A stretch of 64,000 nt of DNA from a virus (IMGVR_UViG_3300037067_007160:66356-130355), one strand, 5' to 3'. Numbered from the stretch's first letter, positions 11,046 to 19,943 are shown. A program made the numbers and translations. The notes: generated by a model not told the origin, from the letters alone.

Positions 11046-12371
11046 GTGGGAACTCTTTATATCGACACAGGTGGATCAGCCACTAATAGCGGAAGCCGTG
11101 ACGAGAATGCAGCAATCCTGACGGGATCAGCAGCTACTGCATCTGGCGTTGTTGTTTCTCTCGATGGAAGCCCCGACCTATCATCGGTTATCTATACTGC
11201 TGGACCTACACAAGACAGTATCTATCTTGCACAGGCAACGAACTCCAATCAGAAAATATTTTGGATAACAAACATTGATAATGTAGCGAAAACAGTAACG
11301 ACTAATGTGGCTCCAACGGGTATTGTGTCCTCGGCGTGGGCGATTGGTGGAAGGCACGTCCTTACGAACGCATCCATTGAAGGAGCCCCACGCGCTGGGG
11401 ATGTAATCCAGTTTAACAATAGTCCAGCAGCAAGCGCTTCGACACTTTGGACATGCCGCACAGCAGGGGACAATACGTCGGGCTGGATCACTCTACGAGG
11501 GAAGGCCGGGACGCGTCCGGTTCTCACGAATACGTCGACGAACTGGTGCATAAACGCAAACAACCAGGCGTATTGGAAAATCGAGAACCTGGAACTGCAA
11601 CAACAAGGCGCGTCAGGTAACGCTCTTACATTTTCTGGATACTGGCAACTCAAAAATGTAAAAGTCAGTGACAGTGCTGGGGGATTCAACATCAGTATAG
11701 GGAACATCATTGCCGACTCTGAGTTTTCCGGCATCGGGGGTACTGTGTTTTCCGCCCCAGGAGGGGCGCAAAGTCTCCAAGTGCTCAACAGTTATATCCA
11801 TGACAACACTGGGAATGTTCTTAGTCTCTGGTCGACAGCTAGCTTCGTGATTTTTCATAACAATATCGTCGATAGTATGACCGGGAAAGGACTTTACATC
11901 GCGGCGGCTTACACGTCGCCGAACATGCCTATTTGGATAACGCAAAACACGTTCTATAGGTGCGGCGATAGTGCTATAGAAATAACAGACAAGGACGTTG
12001 GGCCCGTCATTCTCTACAACAACATCTTCAAGGACAATGGAAATGCCGCTGGAGAATACAACTTTGAGCAGACTGGTGGAACCTTTAATGCATCTGGCGG
12101 AATCTCTCGGAGCAATATTTTCAGCATCGATGGTATTGTTGGGGGTGGAAACACCTATGGAATCACGCTAGACTCCACTGATATTGTAGCCGATCCTCTC
12201 TTTGTTGATGCCCCTAATGGTGATTTTTCTCTTCAATCCACTTCACCAGCTAAGGCAGGGGGATATCCCGGAGTATTCCTGGGTGGTCCTATCGGATACC
12301 TTGACATTGGAGCGGTGCAACGACAGGAAGAAAATAGTTCTGTACAAAAGGCCTATTCATTTATTGGATAG
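11046..12371 (+). CDS. Right-handed beta-helix (pectin-lyase-like) tailspike/receptor-binding protein
   Basis: Repeated I-x2-N-x-I/F ladders; C-terminal DPLFVD..GDFSL..SPA..DIGA motif. Confidence 0.7.
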   Translation: MGTLYIDTGGSATNSGSRDENAAILTGSAATASGVVVSLDGSPDLSSVIYTAGPTQDSIYLAQATNSNQKIFWITNIDNVAKTVTTNVAPTGIVSSAWAIGGRHVLTNASIEGAPRAGDVIQFNNSPAASASTLWTCRTAGDNTSGWITLRGKAGTRPVLTNTSTNWCINANNQAYWKIENLELQQQGASGNALTFSGYWQLKNVKVSDSAGGFNISIGNIIADSEFSGIGGTVFSAPGGAQSLQVLNSYIHDNTGNVLSLWSTASFVIFHNNIVDSMTGKGLYIAAAYTSPNMPIWITQNTFYRCGDSAIEITDKDVGPVILYNNIFKDNGNAAGEYNFEQTGGTFNASGGISRSNIFSIDGIVGGGNTYGITLDSTDIVADPLFVDAPNGDFSLQSTSPAKAGGYPGVFLGGPIGYLDIGAVQRQEENSSVQKAYSFIG

Positions 12372-12404
12372 GTTGGATAATATTACGTTAGGACGAGGTA
12401 TTAT

Positions 12405-12686
12405 ATGAACGAAAAAGGACTGTTTAATAGAATATGCACAGCATGGCCAGTTGTTGTATCGTTTGCTGGACTCATGGCAGCAGTAGCAAGCTTCTTTATA
12501 TGGTATGGTGGTTGGTCATATAGAGCGGATATTCTCAATAATACTGTAGCAAAATCTGTCGAAAGGTTGGACAACCAAGAGAAGCGGATCTCAGAAGTAG
12601 AACGGGCTGTAAGAGAAATTCCGGAAATGAGATCTGAGATTAAGCGCATTCTCGAAATAGTGTTGTCCATAAAGAGGAATGGATAA
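12405..12686 (+). CDS. Membrane-anchored coiled-coil protein (holin/spanin-like)
   Basis: One N-terminal TM segment plus coiled coil. Confidence 0.5.
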   Translation: MNEKGLFNRICTAWPVVVSFAGLMAAVASFFIWYGGWSYRADILNNTVAKSVERLDNQEKRISEVERAVREIPEMRSEIKRILEIVLSIKRNG

Positions 12687-12948
12687 GAGCGATGTACTTT
12701 ATGCAATATCAATTTTCATCTTCTTCTTCTTCCCACTCATGGGAGGAATGTTCTACGTTGTTAGTATTATAGATCCAATAGCAAATCACCTTGAAACGAT
12801 AAACAGAAGGCAGGAGAATCACGAGGAAAGACTTATCAATATAGAAGATAACATAGTTGATATTGTACAGATGAGAGAAGAACTAGAAAAGATTAGGAAT
12901 AAACTCGAACAATTACAGAAGGAAAAGAGGAATGAATGGCAAAATTAA
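12679..12948 (+). CDS. Membrane-anchored coiled-coil protein (holin/spanin-like)
   Basis: One N-terminal TM segment plus coiled coil; same architecture as previous ORF. Confidence 0.5.
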   Translation: MDKSDVLYAISIFIFFFFPLMGGMFYVVSIIDPIANHLETINRRQENHEERLINIEDNIVDIVQMREELEKIRNKLEQLQKEKRNEWQN

Positions 12949-13616
12949 TTCCCTATCCTAAATTTGATACTGTATCTCCTGAACAGGTGCTTAAGGCCAG
13001 CATCTGGCTCTTCTATGGTGGAAATAAGGTTACTGAGTTCTTTGGAAATCATGTATATAAGCATCCATTCTGGCCAGCTGCCTTTCATGCTGCCGGAGGA
13101 CTTGGTGGTGCCGAAATGCTTAATATTGGCATTGAAGCAACAATTAAGGATGTTAGAAAGGAATATCAAGAGACTAGAAGGATCGACGTTATTGAGCTAC
13201 TTGACCTTACCGACTTCGAGCGAGATATAATCTGTAGGAAGTTTAGAAGAGATGCTGGTAACAATATATACGATGCCGGTGGATACGCTAGAATGGGTAG
13301 CAAGTTCTGGGTCCTCCGTTTCCTAAAGAATATACATGCTTCTGATAAGAATGACTTCTGTTCAGATAACGTAGTTGATAACTTCTCTGAACCTCCATTA
13401 AGGAGGAAGGGAGAAGCTGATGAAGAATATAACAGTCTCTTGCTTCCAAGGAAAATAGAAGTAAGCTACCTCTCATCAGAGGATACGGCACCATGGCATC
13501 TCTTAGAACATGCCATAGACAAGAACTTTCAGAATGGAACAAGGAGAATAAGGACTGTTCATATTGGGCCCGACTTTCTAGCAGCTCAAAAGAAAAAATT
13601 TCCTGAGCTAACCTAG
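12936..13616 (+). CDS. Permuted papain-like (YiiX/NlpC-P60) amidase
   Basis: FHAA His before YD and FCSD Cys motif, the permuted catalytic order. Confidence 0.55.
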   Translation: MAKLIPYPKFDTVSPEQVLKASIWLFYGGNKVTEFFGNHVYKHPFWPAAFHAAGGLGGAEMLNIGIEATIKDVRKEYQETRRIDVIELLDLTDFERDIICRKFRRDAGNNIYDAGGYARMGSKFWVLRFLKNIHASDKNDFCSDNVVDNFSEPPLRRKGEADEEYNSLLLPRKIEVSYLSSEDTAPWHLLEHAIDKNFQNGTRRIRTVHIGPDFLAAQKKKFPELT

Positions 13617-13682
13617 CCAGGGAAGGACTACCGCAAGGAGTCCATCACACGCGAGCCTATGAGGCCGCAAAAGGAGAAACAC

Positions 13683-14153
13683 ATGTTCAAGACGTTTATG
13701 CCATTAGTAAACATCGACGAAGACTTCGATGGAGTGTTTGATAGACTCCATGATCAACTTATGAATTCCCTAAGTCAAAAGAGTGGCTTCATTAAGTTAA
13801 TCGGAGATTCTTCCTACCCAAAGTGTAATGTACGTGTGGATGGCAATGATGTTGTATTCGATATTGCCATTCCATATCACAGAAGTGAAGATGTAAAGGT
13901 TAGCATAGAGGACAACGTCCTTACAATCTCTGGACAGTCAGCGGCGCCAAAGGCTGATGAAGTATTCCTTCTCAGGGAAATACCCCAGAGATCATTTGCA
14001 AGATCGTGGAGGCTTCCTGCAGTTCCATCTAGAGTTCTAAGCGAGAGTGACATTGCCGCCGATTATAAGGACGGTCTGCTCACAATTCGTGTCAAAGAAC
14101 TTATACCTCCCAAGGTTGAAAAGAAGCGAATTGACATTAAACTAAGCAAGTAG
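13683..14153 (+). CDS. hsp20: Small heat-shock protein (Hsp20/alpha-crystallin)
   Basis: YPKCNV, LTISG, REIPQRSFARSW, ADYKDGLLTI motifs; AAGGAG RBS before ATG 13683. Confidence 0.92.
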   Translation: MFKTFMPLVNIDEDFDGVFDRLHDQLMNSLSQKSGFIKLIGDSSYPKCNVRVDGNDVVFDIAIPYHRSEDVKVSIEDNVLTISGQSAAPKADEVFLLREIPQRSFARSWRLPAVPSRVLSESDIAADYKDGLLTIRVKELIPPKVEKKRIDIKLSK

Positions 14154-14159
14154 TATAAT
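14131..14159 (+). promoter_or_regulatory. Consensus sigma70 promoter for nrdJ
   Basis: TTGACA-17 nt-TATAAT. Confidence 0.85.
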
Positions 14160-14174
14160 CTCAGATCATAGTAC

Positions 14175-14215
14175 TGGTCAGTGGAGGCGTAGTATACGCT
14201 GCGCCTCCATTACCA
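14175..14215 (+). other. Strong GC-rich hairpin in nrdJ leader (terminator or regulatory)
   Basis: GTGGAGGCGTAG / CTGCGCCTCCAT inverted repeat followed by TTTT. Confidence 0.6.
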
Positions 14216-14232
14216 TTTTGAGGAGAGAACAA

Positions 14233-16086
14233 ATGAATCCATCTAACAAACTCTTGTCGGATATCGTTGCTTTTAGAACGTACGCTCGATATATATCTAA
14301 TCTATCAAGACGAGAATCATTGGAAGAAACGATTAACCGAAATATGGTAATGCATCTTGAGAGATTTCCAGCTCTCTCAAAAGATATTATCAAAGCATAT
14401 GGGTTGGTTCATGACAAACTTGTTATGCCTTCAATGAGAGCCCTTCAGTTCTCTGGCGAGGCTGTAAGAAGGAATAACCTTCGTCTCTTTAACTGCTCCT
14501 ATCTCTCTATAGATGATCCACACGCTTTCGCTGAAGTCCTCTACCTCCTTCTATCAGGTACAGGAGTCGGCTACTCCGTTCAGAAGAAACACATTAACAA
14601 GCTTCCTATCGTTGGTAGTCCGAGAGAGGATAACATATTCAAGATTCATGACTCCATAGAAGGTTGGGCACAGGCTATCCACGTTCTTGCTGAAGCCTAC
14701 TTCTATAGTAGAATTCGCCCAATATTTGACTACTCACAGATAAGGGTACGAGGGGCCAGACTATCTACTACAGGAGCAAAGGCTCCTGGGCCAGAACCAC
14801 TTAAACATATGCTAGAAACAGTTGAGAAGAAGTTTCAGAATGCAAGAGGAAGAAGGTTACGTCCAATAGAGGTTCATGATATCGCATGTATTGTTAGTGA
14901 CTGCGTCCTCGCTGGCGGAGTACGTAGATCTGCCATGATTAGCCTATTTGATAGGGATGATAAGGAGATGCTTACCTGTAAGAGTGGTGAGTGGTACATA
15001 CAACATCCATATAGAGCTAGGGCTAATAATAGTGTTGTCCTTCCAAGGAAAGAGGTTACAAAAGAAGAGTTTGAGCATATCTTCAAGATAACAGAGGAGA
15101 GTGGGGCCGGCGAACCTGGCTTCACATGGACAAGCAATTCTGACATGGGCGTCAATCCATGTTCAGAGATATCTCTCTTTTCCAATCAACTCTGTAACCT
15201 CACTAGCATTAATCAAAGGGGAATTGAAGATAAGGCCGACTTCCTTAGAAGAGTAAATGCTGCTACCCTTATTGGTACTCTTCAAGCTGCTTATACTGAC
15301 TTTCCATTTGTTAGACCAGTATGGAAAGAAGTGACTGAGAGAGAAGCTCTCCTTGGAGTTTCATTCACGGGCATTGCTGATAGTGGTAGCAAAATTACTA
15401 ATGATTGGCTTGAAGAAGGAGCCATCTATGCGAAAGAAGTTAATGAACGGATAGCGAAGAAGATTGGTATAAATCTTGCAGCACGAATAACCTGTGTTAA
15501 ACCAGAAGGAACACTATCAACTATTGTTGGTTCATCTTCTGGAATTCATGCACGACATGCGCCATATTACATACGAAGAATTCGTATGAGTAAGAACGAT
15601 GATCTAGCTCATTATCTATCTAATACAATACCCGATCTTGTAGAAGATGATATTGCAGCAGCCAATACTGTAGTCGTGTCAATACCGCAAGAAGCACCAG
15701 ATGGTGCTATTGTAAGGAATCAGGAAACTGCTCTAGACCTCCTTGATCGTGTAATGCGCTACAATAATAACTGGGTAAAACCAGGACATAGAAGTGGAGA
15801 TAATCTTCACAATGTGAGTTGTACTGTGTCTGTGAAACCTGATGAGTGGAACAAGGTTGGTGAGTTCATGTGGAAACACAGGGCCAATTACACAGGTATC
15901 TCCCTTCTACCATATGATGGAGGAGAATATAAACAAATGCCTTTCGAAGAATGTACAAAAGATAGGTATGATGAACTGATGTCGCATATAAAGACCATTA
16001 ACTTAAGGGAAATACATGAGAATGATGATATGACGGAATTTACTAAGACTGTAGCATGTTCTGGTGGAAAATGTGAACTTATATAA
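14233..16086 (+). CDS. nrdJ: Class II (adenosylcobalamin-dependent) ribonucleotide reductase
   Basis: FNCS, GGVRRSA, NPCSEI thiyl motif, VKPEGT, C-terminal CSGGKC. Confidence 0.92.
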   Translation: MNPSNKLLSDIVAFRTYARYISNLSRRESLEETINRNMVMHLERFPALSKDIIKAYGLVHDKLVMPSMRALQFSGEAVRRNNLRLFNCSYLSIDDPHAFAEVLYLLLSGTGVGYSVQKKHINKLPIVGSPREDNIFKIHDSIEGWAQAIHVLAEAYFYSRIRPIFDYSQIRVRGARLSTTGAKAPGPEPLKHMLETVEKKFQNARGRRLRPIEVHDIACIVSDCVLAGGVRRSAMISLFDRDDKEMLTCKSGEWYIQHPYRARANNSVVLPRKEVTKEEFEHIFKITEESGAGEPGFTWTSNSDMGVNPCSEISLFSNQLCNLTSINQRGIEDKADFLRRVNAATLIGTLQAAYTDFPFVRPVWKEVTEREALLGVSFTGIADSGSKITNDWLEEGAIYAKEVNERIAKKIGINLAARITCVKPEGTLSTIVGSSSGIHARHAPYYIRRIRMSKNDDLAHYLSNTIPDLVEDDIAAANTVVVSIPQEAPDGAIVRNQETALDLLDRVMRYNNNWVKPGHRSGDNLHNVSCTVSVKPDEWNKVGEFMWKHRANYTGISLLPYDGGEYKQMPFEECTKDRYDELMSHIKTINLREIHENDDMTEFTKTVACSGGKCELI

Positions 16087-16567
16087 GAGAAGGAAAACGG
16101 GAGGAAGGACAAAATATCTTGGATATTGTGTTGATTGTAAGATAGAAAAGACACAAAGATGGTATAGACTTAAAGAGAACAAATCAATGGCAAGATGCCA
16201 ACATTGTTATGGAAAACTTAGACTTTGCAATAAACAAGTAAGAGAAATAAGAAATAAGCAAAGAAAAGAATGGGGAGAGAAATATGCGTACAGAGTATTT
16301 CTCAATCTAGTAAAATATAAGAAGTACACAACAGATATAACAAATGAGGAATATCTAACCTATATAAAACAACCATGTCATTATTGTGGAGGTAGCCTTC
16401 CAAATAGCGGCATTCGTCTTGATAGGGTAGATAATACGATAGGATATCTAAACTCAAATGTCGTTCCTTGTTGTAAAACTTGTAATATTGCAAAGAACAA
16501 CAAGTCAGTAGAAGAGTTTAAGGTATGGGTTATCAATGTCTACAATAAATTTCAAATAGTTAAATGA
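16064..16567 (+). CDS. Free-standing HNH-type homing endonuclease overlapping nrdJ 3' end
   Basis: CHYCG..LDRVDN..GY...NVVPCC..CN..K motif; more AT-rich than neighbours. Confidence 0.8.
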   Translation: MENVNLYKRRKTGGRTKYLGYCVDCKIEKTQRWYRLKENKSMARCQHCYGKLRLCNKQVREIRNKQRKEWGEKYAYRVFLNLVKYKKYTTDITNEEYLTYIKQPCHYCGGSLPNSGIRLDRVDNTIGYLNSNVVPCCKTCNIAKNNKSVEEFKVWVINVYNKFQIVK

Positions 16568-16579
16568 TATAATTCCAAC

Positions 16580-17269
16580 ATGGAACCAAACTACTCACTT
16601 CAAAGGCCAGATTATGCCCTTCAGACGGGGTGGACACCAATACCACATGCTGTAGTACGGGTCTCCAACAATACCATATCTATTCTCTGTAATAGATCTA
16701 CATACATATCAGTTGGTGATAAGATACTTCTAACACAGACGACTGATAAGTACTTCGAAGTTACCAACATATCAGTTGTTGGAAATACAACAACAATAAC
16801 TCTTAGTAGTCCTGAGGGTAGTGTTGTGAGCACTGACACAATCTACTATTCCTACTTCTCCAAGAATGATAGACCCTATGGTTATACTTCGGTGGGAAGG
16901 TTCAAGGCAGGAAGTTTCTTGACACCACATGGTGCTGATCCTGATGTCCAAAGTGTGACAGGTATTGGATTTAAGCCAAAGGCTATTGTATTTCTTGGCG
17001 TTTGTGGCCAGACTCCATCTGCTGAAAATGGTATAGGAGTTGGTATAACAGATGGAACTTCCTCCTTCTCCATTGTAGGATATACAGTAGATGGTGGAGC
17101 CTCTGGTGGAGAAGGACCAACTGCGAATACGGTTTTCCAACAGATAGATACTGTAGGCGCCATAACTATGAGCGCCAATCTAACTTCTATGGATGTTGAT
17201 GGATTCACCCTTCTATATAGTTCAAAAGCAGTGAATCCATATGTCATTGCCTATCTTGCTATGGGATAA
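16580..17269 (+). CDS. Tail fibre-like small protein
   Basis: 229 aa; TGIGFKPKAI motif, Gly/Thr-rich. Confidence 0.55.
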   Translation: MEPNYSLQRPDYALQTGWTPIPHAVVRVSNNTISILCNRSTYISVGDKILLTQTTDKYFEVTNISVVGNTTTITLSSPEGSVVSTDTIYYSYFSKNDRPYGYTSVGRFKAGSFLTPHGADPDVQSVTGIGFKPKAIVFLGVCGQTPSAENGIGVGITDGTSSFSIVGYTVDGGASGGEGPTANTVFQQIDTVGAITMSANLTSMDVDGFTLLYSSKAVNPYVIAYLAMG

Positions 17270-17272
17270 TAG

Positions 17273-17281
17273 TGATATAAT
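17273..17281 (+). promoter_or_regulatory. Extended -10 promoter upstream of the ncRNA/ribozyme locus
   Basis: TGATATAAT. Confidence 0.6.
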
Positions 17282-17340
17282 AATAGTAATATACATGTGG
17301 CGCCTCTGTCTATGACACGCGCAAACTCCACATGTTTTAT

Positions 17341-17407
17341 GGGCCTTGGTGAGGACGCATAGAGCGTACCTGACACCTTAAGATAGGTTTTACTCCTATC
17401 TGGTCCA
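17341..17407 (+). ncRNA. tRNA-like small RNA (5-bp acceptor with G3:U70 equivalent, 7-bp T-like arm, no anticodon loop)
   Basis: GGGCC/GGTCC-A; AGATAGG-TTTTACT-CCTATCT; central hairpin capped by ATAGA. Confidence 0.6.
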
Positions 17408-17464
17408 AACTAGCAAAGATAGCCACCTCCACGTGGTGCTAGTTGGATAACGCTAAGAGCTATC
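17408..17464 (+). ncRNA. Minimal HDV-like (theta-type) self-cleaving ribozyme
   Basis: P1 AACTAGC/GCTAGTT, P2 GATAGC/GCTATC, P3 ACC/GGT, L3 TCCACGT, P1.1 GG, J4/2 GCTAA. Confidence 0.8.
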
Positions 17465-17492
17465 ACACAGGACGAAGGTCCAGGAGGATACA

Positions 17493-17939
17493 ATGGGAAA
17501 TAATTCAAATTCCAAGAAAGATAGACTATTGGGAATACCACACGGAACTGCTAATGGACAGTTACGAAAAATGTTGGTCTTTGACATGGCTAAACGTCTT
17601 GGATTACTAGACTGCTATAGATGTAAAGAACCTATTCTTAAGATAAGAGATTTTTCTATAGAACATAAAATACCATGGCAGTCATCTGAAGAACCAAAAG
17701 TAGCATTCTTTGACTTAGAAAACATTGCTTTCTCACACTTAAGTTGCAATAGTGGTGCGGGCAGTGGAAGTGGAAGAACCATTATATATCCTGAAGGGCA
17801 GAAGTGGTGTGGTATATGTAAATCGTTCAAATCACTCACAGAGTTTCCTGCCTGTGCAAAACGAGATAGAAGTAGAAACTGTAAAGAATGTCATAGCAAC
17901 TTAATGGCAAAATGGAGAGAAAGAACGGGAAGACACTAA
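17493..17939 (+). CDS. HNH-like endonuclease, paralog of 22079 ORF
   Basis: CYRC..SIEHKIPW...NIAFSHLSCN plus C-terminal Zn finger; AGGAGG RBS. Confidence 0.8.
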   Translation: MGNNSNSKKDRLLGIPHGTANGQLRKMLVFDMAKRLGLLDCYRCKEPILKIRDFSIEHKIPWQSSEEPKVAFFDLENIAFSHLSCNSGAGSGSGRTIIYPEGQKWCGICKSFKSLTEFPACAKRDRSRNCKECHSNLMAKWRERTGRH

Positions 17940-18029
17940 CTCCCATTCTGGTCCACCAATTTCGCTGACTGTGCGGGGCAGTCCATCTACATAAGATCCC
18001 CGTTGTCCCTTGCGAAAGGGGAGGTCATA

Positions 18030-18836
18030 ATGTACAAGAACAATTATGTTCTAACCATTAGAAGGAATAACCAAACCCTACCAGAAACAAATGGTGAGTG
18101 TCTACTCCCATTCCAATCAGAATACGAAGTGAGGCTCAGGAACAAGAATAGGAAACGATCCCTGGTCGACCTCTACATTGATGGCCGACTTGTCACTAAG
18201 GGCGGTCTAATTGTTGATGCCAATAGTTATGTCGACCTTGAGAGGTTCATCGATAGTGACCTTACTAGAGGTGATCGGTTTAAGTTTGTTCCGATCAGTG
18301 ATGACAGGATCGACAAGGGTGAATCACAGAATGGCCTAGTAGAGGCTAGATTCTATGATGAGAGAGAACGAAAGTTTGAGATTCTTAACACTAGTTGGTC
18401 CCATACTTGCCACTATCAAAACTGTTGGCAATGTGGTACATGGCATTGTTCATGTCAATACTGTCCTATTCGAAACTATACAATCAACTCTGGTGGAACA
18501 AGTGGCAACGCCATCTATAGTTCAAATGTGGCAATATATAATAGCACCGACATTAGTCAATGTTCAACGGCACATCCCACCAGTAGCGTCCTACGTGGTG
18601 AAGCATCGGCTGGAGGAACTGTTCGTGGTGGCACCTCTAGCCAGAGGTTTACAGCATCCTACCTAGATGTTGATAAGGAAAAGCCCACAGTTATTAGGCT
18701 TAAGCTCCTTGGTGTTCCTCCACAAGGACATGAATGCAAGGGAAAGATCATCTCCTACTGCACTCGATGTGGCCAAGAGACTGGTCAGGAAGATAGGTAC
18801 TGTTCCAAGTGCGGAAAAGATCTAACCCGCAGATAA
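18030..18836 (+). CDS. Conserved phage protein with Cys-rich insert and C-terminal double zinc ribbon
   Basis: LPFQSEYEVRLRN..VDLYIDG motif; CTRCG..YCSKCG; GGAGG RBS. Confidence 0.7.
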   Translation: MYKNNYVLTIRRNNQTLPETNGECLLPFQSEYEVRLRNKNRKRSLVDLYIDGRLVTKGGLIVDANSYVDLERFIDSDLTRGDRFKFVPISDDRIDKGESQNGLVEARFYDERERKFEILNTSWSHTCHYQNCWQCGTWHCSCQYCPIRNYTINSGGTSGNAIYSSNVAIYNSTDISQCSTAHPTSSVLRGEASAGGTVRGGTSSQRFTASYLDVDKEKPTVIRLKLLGVPPQGHECKGKIISYCTRCGQETGQEDRYCSKCGKDLTRR

Positions 18837-19192
18837 ACTTCATAGAGACTGGTCTATCGGTACTCATAGAGGGAGCTGGATCAATTTCCGGCTTCCTTTA
18901 TGGGCCGATAAATGGTATGATGCTGGAAGATGGGCGGGTAGCGCTACAGATGTTCATCAAGACCCCTACCCACTTTCCACTTGGAAATACAGATGCTAAC
19001 TACAAGATAAGGTTTGTGGCGGCCAATCTGGCTACAGAAGCTGTGCAAATTGGTAGATATAGGGATGAGGGTTCGATGTACTTCGTTAGGGTAGCTCTGA
19101 CGACAGATGAGATTCAACAGGTAAGTTCAGCCCTTAGCTACAATAAGCTAAGGGAAGGTATGGGCCAAGTGATAAAGATGTTGACAAATTGA
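18809..19192 (+). CDS. Hypothetical protein
   Basis: 127 aa ORF filling the gap before the promoter. Confidence 0.55.
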   Translation: MRKRSNPQINFIETGLSVLIEGAGSISGFLYGPINGMMLEDGRVALQMFIKTPTHFPLGNTDANYKIRFVAANLATEAVQIGRYRDEGSMYFVRVALTTDEIQQVSSALSYNKLREGMGQVIKMLTN

Positions 19193-19209
19193 AAAATCTG
19201 TGATATAAT
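19181..19209 (+). promoter_or_regulatory. Consensus sigma70 promoter at the head of the tmRNA/tRNA array
   Basis: TTGACA-17 nt-TATAAT with extended TG. Confidence 0.9.
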
Positions 19210-19215
19210 ATATAC

Positions 19216-19341
19216 ATGCCAAAGAAGCTAATGTCATGCGTCAGACAACTGAAGAGAAAAGGAAACTCTAATCCTTGGGCAATTTGTATTGCGGCCACAG
19301 GGCAACACCCTGAGCCGAGGCGGCACAAGAAAAGACGGTAG
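19216..19341 (+). CDS. Small basic protein (41 aa, MPKKLMSCVRQLKRKGNSNPWAIC...)
   Basis: ATG 6 nt after -10 box; two Cys, Lys/Arg-rich; not in ORF track. Confidence 0.55.
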   Translation: MPKKLMSCVRQLKRKGNSNPWAICIAATGQHPEPRRHKKRR

Positions 19342-19373
19342 ACAACCTCCAGTTGCAACAGACGACTCAGCAC

Positions 19374-19422
19374 CAAGGGTGGGGTTCTACTAAAAAGGAA
19401 TCTCACCCTTGCTCTTTGACAA
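19374..19422 (+). promoter_or_regulatory. rrn-type antitermination site: hairpin plus boxA-like TGCTCTTTGACA
   Basis: One mismatch to boxA TGCTCTTTAACA, preceded by a long hairpin. Confidence 0.65.
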
Positions 19423-19425
19423 TAT

Positions 19426-19862
19426 GGGCCTGAATTAGGTTTGACGGGGCTCACCGAGTGAAAGCGGCAAGCAGGGCCGGCACAACGTCCCTTGAAAAAC
19501 TTGTGCAAAGCCTAAATGGCAAAGTAAAAGAAGAGTCCAGCCTGCTCTCTCAGGCTATGGCGATTATTGACGCAGCGTTCGAAAGAGCGCCGGAGTTCGT
19601 TCTCGCCTAACCCGCAAGGGTTGTCTCGATCCTAACTAGATTCGTTCACCTTGTAAGGGATCGGGTAACACTAGGTGAATGGCGGTCTCTATCAGCGCCT
19701 TATCTGGTAGATGGTGGAGGAGCCTAGAAGATTTACCAAATGATTTGGTAAATCTTAGTTCGCTCCCTGTAGTAAACCAAGCCATTGGTTAATTGGCTAA
19801 GCTTGTAGATGCGATCATAAAGGAGTTTCGGACGCGGGCTGCGATGCCCGCCAGGTCCACCA
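19426..19862 (+). ncRNA. ssrA: tmRNA; tag frame 19518-19610 (A)GKVKEESSLLSQAMAIIDAAFERAPEFVLA
   Basis: GGGCCTG..TTGAC 5' end, GGAC-GCGGG..CCCGC-CAGGTCCACCA 3' end with G3:U70; TAAAT before resume codon. Confidence 0.92.
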
Positions 19863-19869
19863 ATATAAG

Positions 19870-19943
19870 GCCGGTTTCGTATAAAGGAATTATACCTCAC
19901 TCGTAATGAGGAGATCCTGGATCGTTACCAGGAACCGGCTCCA
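19870..19943 (+). tRNA. tRNA-Thr(CGT)
   Basis: GCCGGTT/AACCGGC, CCTCA-CTCGTAA-TGAGG, CCA. Confidence 0.88.

Noticed and set aside
19134-19508. 124-aa minus-strand ORF
   Set aside because: Antisense to the promoter, boxA and tmRNA 5' end; shadow ORF
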